Part shown: piece by piece, positions 11,292 through 21,248 of the stretch | Layout of the letters: every line of letters starts with the position of its first letter | How positions within the stretch are numbered: position 1 is the first letter of the stretch | Position numbers and translations under genes: made by a program | NCBI RefSeq assembly: GCF_001186125.1 | Contig: NW_014039651.1 | Coordinates: forward strand, 1 to 32,250 | DNA: 32,250 bases | Source: Sphaeroforma arctica JP610 | Taxonomy: Eukaryota | Direction: 5' to 3' | Notes under the pieces: generated by a model | The model's input: the letters and a program-made list of their open reading frames with translations, nothing else | What the model was told of the DNA's origin: nothing | Database searches by the model: none

Positions 11292-13000
11292 ATGTCGCAA
11301 CAAAATGACGAGATCTTCCAAAATTTGCCTAACGAAGAGGAGGATAGCGGGTTCACAAGTAGTGATGCCAGCGCTACGATGCCTTCATTAATGTCAAACA
11401 GAAGCAGTGAAGCGGAGGAAGAATCGAGACCGGATGGCCACATGAATGCTCCGGGGAACCACCCACGAGTGCTGAGGTGAATGAAAGCAGGTTCAGAATT
11501 AACAGTAACGTCACGGCTCGACATCTTGAACGATTTAGATTATCTGGCCGGCTCCCAGCGGCGTTTGGACAACGAGTACAAAGGCAGAAACTGTTCCTAC
11601 AGTCGAATCCGTGGAGGAAACCTCTCAGTCAAGTACATCAATGGCAAAAGAACGACAAGGACGGGCCCAGAATGATCAAATGACGAAGACAGAGAACCAG
11701 CCAGAAAACTCAGATAAGTAGTTACATATTAGGAAAGGCAAATAAGGTTGAATGGGTGTGATGCATGAGTAGAATTTTGCAATGAAGTAACAAGCTTAAA
11801 CCCTAGTTGAGAGGAGCTGTTAGGAAAAGAGGAGGCTCTTTAGGAACTACGGTGGCAGAAATGGGAAGTGTACATGGATAGAGCCGAACCGGCTAGTATT
11901 ACGACATAGAGAAATCAGTAGAATACTATATTTGATTTACAAGAACACGGAATAATTGAAGGTTGAGTTATACAAACTAGAACATAGTCTTCACCTAGAA
12001 TAAACGTTAGTTGATGATACAGTGCACACATTAGTTGATGATACAGTGCACACATTAGTTGATGATACAGTGCACACATTAGTTGATGATACAGTGCACA
12101 CATTAGTTGATGCAGACGATCGAATGTACCAAGCAATGACCAAAACACAGGCAGGACAAGCGTTACAGATAATATATGTAAAGGGTACGGCGGGCATACC
12201 AAGCACACGACAAGAAAGTGAATAATTTATGCCAAGGAAGCTTGGTAAGCCGACGAAATCAAGAAGTAGAAGTTGAGCGGCAACCTATGCGCATTTAATG
12301 ACAACCTTATTCAGCACGGAATATAGGTTAGTTTCGAATGATTTAACCGATAGATTTGTAGCTTCCAAGACGAATATACAGAAGTGGTTAATTAGAATAA
12401 TTAAGTTAAGGGTTACTACAGCGGGTAGTGACGAAATTGCACCAAAACAGGAATCCAAGTGAAGACGTTTACAACCAAGATTGTACGAAGAGTGCTATAT
12501 ATGGGTTTCGTCGACAAAATAAGTTACGGGAGTGTACATAGAGCAATAAGTAAGCACCAGTGAGCTTCCTTAGGATCATATAAGGGTGTTTTCGTACGTA
12601 ACATGAGCGGTGCAAGTGGTACATTATTAAATTATGCATGTGTGATGTGAGAACGTATACGATGTAACAGAACCTCCAGGTAAAACAGGTAAATGGGGAA
12701 GCTTAGGAGAACGCTCAGGGTGCGTTGTTTGTTGGAGAGCATTTTAGGAGCGCAATAGTTGACGACATACCATATATGACAGGGAACATAATTCGACGAC
12801 CGCAAGGGCACATGACGAAACACGACGAGCAGAGGAAACGAAGTAAGAAAAGCAAGAAGAGAATTCAGGAGCTTTCTATGGAGTAAGAGACGGTGCACCG
12901 AAAGTAGGTTTGATGCCACATCGGAGTAGGAGCAGACTACAAAGGTTTTAAGAGATGTTCCGACAAGCGGGACGTACCTCAGCAAGGGATTTATTCGAAG
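11292..13000 (+). pseudogene. Decayed first ORF of the LTR element (unidentified; accessory ORF or atypical gag)
   Basis: ATG 78 bp after the 5' LTR. 11292-11480 and 11481-11675 are one frame split by a TGA (MSQQNDEIFQNL...RVLR*MKAGSELTV...). Purine-rich, coding-like composition continues to ~13000 with many stops; the end is approximate. Confidence 0.45.
12007..12112 (+). repeat. 24-bp minisatellite TTAGTTGATGATACAGTGCACACA x4.4 (encodes LVDDTVHT repeats)
   Basis: Four perfect copies plus 10 bp. Confidence 0.97.
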
Positions 13001-13227
13001 GAAGAGCAAGACATCAGACCGTTGGATGGTGAGTCGAGACTCATCTACCACTCTGTGGGTGAAGTTGAAGTAGTCGAGAATGGGCTAACTGTTCCACGAG
13101 GACAATCGTCGAGGCTTAATGTGTTAGAGGGATGGACTCTAGAATTGAAACGGGTATTTATACTCAATTCTTTCCGAGTTCGTTCGCACACATTTCAAGA
13201 TCTCCGTTGAAACACACTTCCTCCACC

Positions 13228-14180
13228 ATGTCCAACCTACGCCAAAGTCATAGACAGCAACATCTAAACCCTGAACGTCGGTACAAAGCCCCGCCAATCT
13301 AATCAAGACCGCACCAGCCAAGAATCAGAGCAGGATCCGGAGGGGTAACAACAGGCACGTCTAGAGGTTCGTCACCCGACGTTCACTAACGGTAGGCAGA
13401 CATCAACAGCACACGGAGTTGAGCCTAACCACTCAGAGGAAGACGTCGTATTCGACACTGAGTCTTGAGAGTTCCCGACCTGCGTGCGGATCAGAGTCAG
13501 GCCGTTACTGGTGAATATGTAGCTAGTAACGATCTGCCTTACTCATTCTTCTTCGGGAACATCCGGCTCTACGTCCTCAGGCAACGACCAGCCACACCTA
13601 CCGCCCAGCAAGCGTAGACGTCATCGCCGACTTACTACTAACAAGGGTACGGGGCGTGAACAGGTCTCCACACTGAAACTAACTCAGTTGATGGCGCAAC
13701 AACAGCCTTTGTTTGACAAGTACGAACAACGTCTTTAACGTACTTCTTCTGACCGGTCCACGCTCACCCCTACTGCCAACGAGATATCGGACAGCACACA
13801 CAAACGTGAGCACACGTCATCAGGGGACGATGACAAGCCGTCGTTCCATATTCAGGGCCGCACTCAACCACATCACGGATTCGGGTATGTATCACCAGGA
13901 TCGGAAGGTCTTCTATCCGAGGGTGAGATCCAATCCTTGCAAGATTTTGCGCGTGAACAAGTGTTAGCGAAGCAGAAATAAGTGGACTCCACAATTACAA
14001 ATCGAACAGATCTGCTCGCATGAGACGCAAGCCACAGTCGACCCCGCGTTTCGCAAGCTGGCCAAGGGCCACAGTAAGAATATGCACACCCCCATCATGG
14101 AACAAATGACGCAGCTCATGGAAAACCATAGGCGGGCACGCGAGCGGTGCCAAACGGACGCAGACTTTCAACAGAACTCA
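13228..14180 (+). pseudogene. Putative decayed gag region
   Basis: Lies immediately upstream of the protease remnant. C/A-rich coding-like sequence with a helical-looking peptide (ETQATVDPAFRKLAKGHSKNMHTPIMEQMTQLMENHRRARERCQTDADFQQ). No diagnostic motif seen. Confidence 0.35.
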
Positions 14181-14259
14181 TTAAAATCAACTTATTAAAA
14201 TCTGTATGTACATTTAGTGACTTTCCCATGTAGGCCATGTACATTTAGAGTATTTCCTC
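14181..14259. mobile_element. AT-rich fragment carrying one end of the MITE family seen at 27549-27767, inserted in the LTR element
   Basis: 14204-14259 GTATGTACATTTAGTGACTTTCCCATGTAGGCCATGTACATTTAGAGTATTTCCTC closely matches 27713-27767. Confidence 0.7.
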
Positions 14260-14261
14260 AT

Positions 14262-16760
14262 TTAGCTGGCAAGGCGGTACGAACTCCTTGACTGGGAACG
14301 ACGGAAGTATTGCCTATTCGATACGGAACCAAGATTATCGACGGATCACTTGAACTGATGAATTTACCTGCAGGAATGGACATCATAGTGGGGCAATATT
14401 GAAAGGTTTGGGACTATACATAGGCGGTATCCAATCGCCTCTCACACCGATAAATCCTACAGAACTTGATGAGCTCATCGAACCTATCCCACGCCGACAA
14501 GCACCGAACACGACAGAGCCTGCCGACGCACGCCAACGGCTCGCAACGCGTTGATTGCCGATAACGCGAGATGTCGTTTGGCAGGGAGTGAAGTTACCAC
14601 CCCAGTCAAACGTAAACAGGCTATGCACATGCGTAGGTCTACGAGCAATTTTGAATACGACCGATGGCTGCCCTACGTAGACGAGCAAGTGCAGACGTGG
14701 TTGGCGGATTTGGTAATAACGAAACGTACGACACCGACAACAGTGAACCTCCCTTTTCTAGCGGTTCCGATGTTCGATGTGGAAGGAAACGTGAAGAAGG
14801 TGAGGGTATGTTTAGACATGTGCGCCGTCAAATTTGATTCCAAAGGTCAACGAACTTATCTCCCCACTAAAGAGTAAAAAGTACTACACAATTTTGGACA
14901 TCTCTGCAGCATACCACAGGCTGCCGATACATCCAGATTCACAATACTTATTTAGTTTCACAGACGAGCGTTCTCAGTACTCGTTTACATCAGCACCGTT
15001 TGGACTCCATGTTCTCACACAACAGTTCCAACGTACATTGAGCACGATACTCGACGGCATACCGGTCCATCACTATATCGACGACATAGTTATTGCTAGC
15101 GACGACTATGACGAACATATTAGGACGGTGCAGAAGGTGATCCAACGCTTGATATACTATAGCATTAAGCTCAATCCCGCTGAGTGCCACTTTGCTATCC
15201 CCGGAAGTTATGATCATAGGGAAAAAGGTATCCGCGCAAGGCATCGACATTGAGCATGAGAAATAGGCAAAGCTAATCGACTGGTCTACCCCACTATGGT
15301 ACAAGGACATCGCTTCCGCCTTAGGGTTGACGAACTACCTCCATGAGCATCTCCCAACTTCGCAAACACAGTCGCACCCTTGTGCAAATTTTGCAAGCTC
15401 AAACCTAATGAGTTGATCGGCGATCGCTGGGAGGAACGACATGCGCAGGCGTGGTAGGCGATAAAAGATACAGTTGTTTATACAGTCGCATTGCACTTTC
15501 CGGTCGACGATATACCATTGAACTTAGAAACAGACGCTAGCGATTACGGTTTGGGAAGAGTATTATTCCACTGGGTCATCGGAAAGAAAGACTACTTGAT
15601 GTTCTTTAGTAAGAGACTGAACCATGCGCAGCAGAACTACGCTACACCAATGAAGGAGTTATTAGCTTTGGTGTATGGGCTTACACATTTCAGGGAGCAC
15701 CTGGATGGGCAACGGTTTGCAGCCTTCACAGATCACAAGGCCCTGGTGTATATGAACACGCAGCTTAAACTTAATCCGATGCTCCAGAGATGGCACCACA
15801 TCATGGCACCGTTCAACTTCACCATATCACATATACCAGGGGAAGCAAACGTGCCACCAGACATGTTGAGCAGAGTGCACGAGGGTACAGCGGAGCGAGA
15901 CGAACCTAAAACATTGTATACAGATTGTTGGCAATTATTTCCTAGTTACTTTAAACAAGCTCAGAAACACTTCGGTCCGAATGACATAGATGTATTTGTG
16001 GACCCGACTAACGCTCAACTACCTCGATTTTGGATGAAGGAGGACGGGGAAGGCGCCTTTGCCCACGACTGTTCGACGGTAGACGGGTGGATAAATCCAC
16101 CATGGGGGAAGATACCTAGAATGTTGTGCAAGATAAGAGCCCACAGTGCAAGTGCAACCGTATGCTTACCTTGGGTTACGAGAGCGCCGTGGTTTGACTT
16201 GTTGAAGTAGTTGCTACAGTCAGAACCAGTGCTGGTTCCACGTACGCCACATACGTTCATAAAGTATGCTAAGTACGCATGTGTTAAGACACCATGGGGG
16301 GCACACGGTGATCGCACGAGCGGGTCCACCAACCGGTTACAAACTAGAGCCACTCTTTTCACAACGACTAGGTGTTTAGATACAGCATGGGAAATATCGG
16401 TGGCAATGTCAGAGGCAGAGGGTACACCGGAAGAACGACAGCGCCGTACACAACTCACGCAAGCTTACCACGAACAAGGCTACCATGGACACAGTTCAAC
16501 AACTCCGACATAAAGGCCAGATGTGGCCGGACGCCAGCTGAAGTCAAATGACAGTGTGTTACATGCCTGGGTCAAGACATGCTACGTAAGTTCATCCGAT
16601 GATCAGCATCGACGCGCGCTACCCGTAGGACCACATACAAGTTGATTACATTCTTATGCCACTTGAGTCCCCGAGGAAGAACAATTACATCCTTCACGTC
16701 CTGGATATCGCTACAGGCTACTCAATCCTTCGAACAACACCTGACAAGACGAAAAAGACG
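14262..16760 (+). pseudogene. pol: pol pseudogene: protease C-terminal remnant, reverse transcriptase, RNase H, amino-methyltransferase, truncated integrase
   Basis: PR tail 'MDIIVG' (~14377). RT 'KKVRVCLDM', 'LDISAAYHRL', 'APFGL', 'YIDD' (15074-15085). RH 'LETDASDYGLG' (TDAS 15530-15541), 'KELLALV', 'FTDHKAL', 'HIPGEANVPPDMLSR'. IN 'YHEQGYHG' (~16466-16489) and 'P*DHIQVDY...YILHVLDIATGY' (~16623-16722). Several frameshifts and stops. Confidence 0.93.
15923..16300 (+). other. DNA amino-(N6-adenine-type) methyltransferase domain, DIRS/phage-Dam-like, in frame with RNase H
   Basis: 'DCWQLFPSYF...FGPNDIDVFVDPTNAQLPRFW...GAFAHDCS...WINPPWGKIPRMLCKIR...ATVCLPWVTRAPWFDLL' follows the pattern of the DIRS MT domain. 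The catalytic-type NPPW is at 16094-16105. One in-frame TAG at 16208-16210. Confidence 0.85.
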
Positions 16761-16928
16761 ACGGACGTGGGAAACAGCGGAGGCATTTGACGATGCCAAC
16801 GATATCGCGGCCTACCACAAGGCCTCGCAGACACGGACACGTAAACGCCAACTTGCCCATATCCAACCTTTATCTTAGAAACATGACTATTCGGTATGAC
16901 GGCGCGCTCGAGCCGTGGTTTTCGAGCC

Positions 16929-17038
16929 CTCTAGCTCCCAGAGGTTAATTGCCTGCATGCCAGCACACTGCTTTAGCTCCCAGAGGATAAATGCCTGTCA
17001 CATGCAAGCACACTGCTCTAGCTCTCAGAGGGTAAATG
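16929..17038 (+). repeat. 2.5 imperfect tandem copies of a 42-45-bp unit in the element's 3' untranslated region
   Basis: CTCTAGCTCCCAGAGG..AATGCCTG..CATGC.AGCACACTG units start at 16929, 16971 and 17016. Confidence 0.9.
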
Positions 17039-17053
17039 GTGGGGGGGGGGTGG
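17038..17053 (+). promoter_or_regulatory. Polypurine tract (plus-strand primer)
   Basis: G10 run (17041-17050) ending a few bases before the TG of the 3' LTR at 17056. Confidence 0.85.
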
Positions 17054-17055
17054 CT

Positions 17056-17325
17056 TGTGGTCGGAATACACCAGGTAGAGTTAAACTTAGATTTATTAGA
17101 GTTTATTAAAGTTTATCAGAAGAATTTAAAAAACTTAGTTTTTGACGATTAATATAATCAGCACATGACTCATCAATTAGAAGTCAAGGATTTATAAATC
17201 GGCACATAACTCATTAATTAGAAGAGTCATGATTTTTACGATTACTAATAAAAGAACATCATTTCCCTCGGGGGGAGAACGTTGAGAACGTTGAGATGCA
17301 GCTATCTTAGCGTGCACTTACGACA
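17056..17325 (+). repeat. 3' LTR (270 bp)
   Basis: TGTGGTC...TTACGACA; direct repeat of 10949-11214 with a 9-bp internal duplication (GAACGTTGA x2). Confidence 0.95.
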
Positions 17326-18283
17326 CACTTGAAAGCTAAAAACTAGCCCTCGGGTCTACTGAATGTTGGGGACGAGAGGCCATTTGTTGTGACCGATGTT
17401 GGTCTTAATCCTCAGCAACAAACGTTTGAATGGATCTTCGAGTTCTCGACGTCAAAAAATCTCCTTGGATCAGCTCTGGAAGAAGCTAGCAGCTACCACA
17501 CCACTCGCAACTCTATCGCAGAGAACGTAACAGATATGATTTGTATGCCAAGGAAAAGTTATCTTGGTGTACTAGCTATAAGACGAATCACTGGTACTAC
17601 TAATAGTACTAGTGGTGCTACAAAACCAGGTTTTAACCTATACCGCTCTGAAGCGACCATAGGCCATCATTTAGACGACCCAATCCTGAATAAATGTATG
17701 ATCTCATGGAACTTAAAAGAGGCGTACGAACATTGTAATATCGATCCTCACTTACCACGCAACCCTGGAAATCGGGACTTTGGTAATCCCTATACCAGAT
17801 CCTCACTGGAGAATAACGACTCCGATACTGAAAGCGATACAATGGAAGCCAGGCAAGCACGAATCAGATACCTACGCATGGATATATAAAACCAATAGGC
17901 CGACCGGGATGACATTAAAAATGCGTGGCTAACTCGTCAAGACGAACATTTTCAGCTATTTAACGACAATAAACGTCAATAATTAAAGTGCCTCTGGGTC
18001 AACCTCTATAGTAAAAATCCCCGTCTCCAAGATACCTACTGTTTTTGTAGTCCACCCCTATCACATTTATCACAGTTCTTCATAGCTTTATTGTATAACT
18101 CTGATAGCCATTGATCTACTTCTGGTTTCAATTTGTTGGGTTGTTGATTGTGAACGGCATTCCTAAGTTTGTGGAAAGCTTTTATGTCATTGAGATCGTC
18201 TGCCGTCTGTGTGTACAGCTTGTCCACTAGAATGCCTATAATGTAGGCATTACCCTTGTAAATAGTCTTGTCTATGACCACAT

Positions 18284-18651
18284 TGAACTTGCTCATTACT
18301 CGATTCATTGGTGCTCTAGCTGGTACGGATTCATCATCCATGTGCATCGCCCCCTAACCATTATTCGGAGTGCACGTGCGTGAAGATGCTTGTAAAACTG
18401 GCATTGTATAAGCTCTTTCGTACTACTCGTGTCCGTTGATAGGGCGCAGAAGTCATTGACTGTTGTGTGAACTTGCTCATTACTCGATTTATTGGTGCTC
18501 TAGCTGGTACGGATTCATCATCCATGTGCATCGCCCCCTAACCATTGTTCGGAGTGCACGTGCGTGAGGATGCTTGTAACACTGGCATTGTATAAGCTCT
18601 TTCGTACTGCTCGTGTCCGTTGATAGGGCGCAGAAGTCATTGACTGTTGTG
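18284..18651. repeat. 184-bp tandem duplication (18284-18467 / 18468-18651) inside the LINE
   Basis: TGAACTTGCTCATTACTCGATT...GTCATTGACTGTTGTG repeated head to tail with few mismatches. Confidence 0.95.
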
Positions 18652-19373
18652 TGTGTTCAGTGTTCATTGTAATGTTAAAATACTTGTTTGTGTGGTGTGC
18701 ACAATGTGCTGTATTGTTGCCTGTATTTGTTAACATAAATGAACTCTTCTGTTCAGACACCTTTCATGTTAACTTTGGTGATTTACCTTTGTGTTAGTCC
18801 CCGATGTAGTGTCTCACTCTTGTTTGGCTCAATTTGACGTCTTCCTTGACATCTGGGTTTTTATTGAAGGGTTATGGTTTTAGTGGATAAACTCTGGTTT
18901 ATATTTGTTCGTTTGTCTTGTCTGTTGTAAACTTAGTTCTTGTGTCAACTCAGTTTGCTGTGTTGACAACCTTGGTTTATGGTTTTTCTTTTGTGGTTAG
19001 TGGCTTGTAGTGAGTACCAAAATTCTAGAATTCGTCGTGTGCGAACTTGGTTTATTTTGGATTGTGTTCGTGTACCGAACTGTTGCCTGCGAATATCGTG
19101 TACTGTGGTGTGTGACTATTCACTCGTTTGCCTTATGATTTCTGGCTGTGTTTCTCCATGGATTATGGATTGTCGTGTATTCCTGTGTTTGTACAAACTT
19201 AAAATTCCGTGACCTTGCTTCGAGCTACAGTGTTATGTTCCTGCTATATGTTTATGCATAGGTGTATCGTTGTTTTCGTGCTTGGTTTGATACCGTGGAT
19301 GTTCATTCAATGTCTTTGCATGTATCTCTGCAGTACGTAAATTCCATAGCTTGTGAGATATTAATTGTAGAAC

Positions 19374-19524
19374 AAAGTCGCTATATGTACATTGAAAATG
19401 TGGAAAAGTCACTAAATGTATATTCACCTATTTTACCGATGAAAACGTACTGAAATATTGAACAAATATGTACAAATGTACATTTAGCGACAATTCCGTT
19501 TTTCTATGTACATTTACTGACTTT
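19374..19524. mobile_element. Palindromic MITE-like element related to 27549-27767, interrupting the LINE RT region
   Basis: AAAGTCGCTATATGTACATTGAAAATGTGGAAAAGTCACTAAATGTATATT pairs imperfectly with AATGTACATTTAGCGACAATTCCGTTTTTCTATGTACATTTACTGACTTT. It shares GTCACTAAATGTA with the 27549-27767 copy. Confidence 0.55.
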
Positions 19525-19699
19525 ATCGTGTATAATTTGCTTAAATTTGAATTAAAGAGCCTTGGGCTATATCTATTCTTTTACGAATAAATTTGTTTAG
19601 CAGGTTATGTTGTCTTTTATTATTTGTTGTTCGTATATACTAATTCACTCAAGCTTTTCTCACTGCCCAGTGCGTAACTCACGTGGTCTGTGAATATAC

Positions 19700-19737
19700 T
19701 ATATATTTATATATATATATATATATATATCTATATA

Positions 19738-19783
<46 letters not shown>
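19700..19783. repeat. (TA)n microsatellite near a 20-N gap
   Basis: Direct read. Confidence 0.95.
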
Positions 19784-19787
<4 letters not shown>

Positions 19788-20664
19788 TAGTACGTAGTTA
19801 CTAACGNNNNNNNNNNNNNNNNNNNNCTCAATTGTATATTCTTGTGTGTAAATATCTGCGCAATGGTTCGTGTGTAACAATCTCTGTACATTGGTGAGAC
19901 TGTTGTTGACGTTTATGGCATAGTTGTCGTTACCAGACGTCAAGTATGAGTTATGTATTTTTGCTTGTGACTTTGATGCCATCTATGACCTCCATGTGTT
20001 TTGGTACTTGTATGTGTTTCCTGGATTAAGGTTTGGATACTTATAGTTCGTTGAATTGCATTGTGTAACGTGTAGTTCATTCTTCATTACTGTGAAATAT
20101 TTGTTTTCTGTGGGTCCCTGTTTGCCTTTTGGTGTGATATGTGCATACTTTATACCGATGCCGATTTCGTTCTGATCGTCAAACACCTATCCGTACGTGT
20201 ATATTCGTTATGACTATATATTTATTTTCTTCTTTGTGTTGATAATCTTTCTGGTATGGGTGCTATTGTGTTAGTGCTATTGTATTTTTCGAGATGTCTT
20301 GTGTTTAGATTCGATTTACCTTCTTATATATCATGACCTGTCCAAAACCTAGTTTGTGATTTGATGGTTGGTTTTGTAATATGTAATTTATATATCCTCT
20401 TGCCTTTTTTCCTGTAGTTGGAAAGTATGTCGCTGTTTTAGTATGTAATTGTATATCTCATATATGTGTACCTTGGTTTAGTTTCATGTTTAGTAATTGT
20501 TTGTGGTCACAATCTTATCATCTACATTCAATGAGTTCTGCAACTCGGTGGATGTTGAAATGTGTATATCGGATAGTGTGCTAAGTGATGCTTAGACGAC
20601 CAACTGTTTCCTTACTACCGACTTTCTATATACGAGGGATTGGTATTTGTTTCTAATTTGTATA

Positions 20665-21248
20665 TGTTTATATATCCATTTTTCATTGTACTTGTGTGTC
20701 TAGGTTTCTTATAGTATATATTACCATTTAGATCTTATATTATATTACATAACCATTTAAATCTTGGAATTGTTTCTGATTTGTATTTCTATGCTTGAGA
20801 TATTCTTAAGCTTAAATGTAGTTGTAGTGATTCCCTTATCATTTAGAGTGAGTGTGCCACATATGCTTGATTTTCTTAGCGCCCCTGTTTGTGTACGCTC
20901 TTGTTTGTATGACTCACTATTTTCTATGTTTTCTAGTTTGTTTATATATCCATTCTTCTTTGTACTTGTGTGTCTAGGTTTCTTATAATATATATTACCA
21001 TTTAGATCTCATATTATAATATATAACCATTTAATCTTGGAATTGTTTCGGATTTGTATTTCTATGCTTGGAATATTCTTAAGCCTGAATGTAGTTGTAG
21101 TCATTCTTATGTAACCCTTCTAGCTCAGTTCATGCTGTTTTTTGTTTGATGCATGCTTGTGGTTATTGGTGCTTTATCATTTAGGGTGTGTGTGCCACAT
21201 GTGCTTGATTTTCTTAGGGCCCCTGTTTGTGTATGCTCTTGTTTGTAT
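20665..21248. repeat. Diverged tandem duplication in the LINE APE region (~20665-20910 vs ~20939-21248; second copy has ~70 bp extra)
   Basis: TGTTTATATATCCATT...TGTACTTGTGTGTCTAGGTTTCTTATA and TGTGCCACAT.TGCTTGATTTTCTTAG each occur twice, in the same order. Confidence 0.9.

Larger units (their letters stand above)
10949..17325 (+). mobile_element. Decayed Ty3/Gypsy-type LTR retrotransposon; domain order (ORF1?)-gag?-PR-RT-RH-amino-MTase-IN
   Basis: Two direct LTRs with TG...CA ends, a G-tract PPT before the 3' LTR, RT YIDD, RNase H TDAS and integrase motifs after RT/RH (Gypsy order). Flanks CACA / CACT could be an imperfect 4-bp TSD. Confidence 0.93.

Noticed and set aside
12007..12112. CRISPR-like array
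   Set aside because: The units are contiguous with no unique spacers, and the context is a eukaryotic TE.
12632..16458. Antisense ORFs 12632-13051, 14383-14688, 14990-15310 and 16015-16458
   Set aside because: These are shadow frames of the plus-strand retroelement with no motifs of their own.
10949..17325. Classification as a DIRS/tyrosine-recombinase element because of the MT domain
   Set aside because: Direct TG...CA LTRs, a PPT, a protease remnant and integrase zinc/core motifs indicate Ty3/Gypsy. No tyrosine-recombinase motif or inverted/split terminal repeats were seen.
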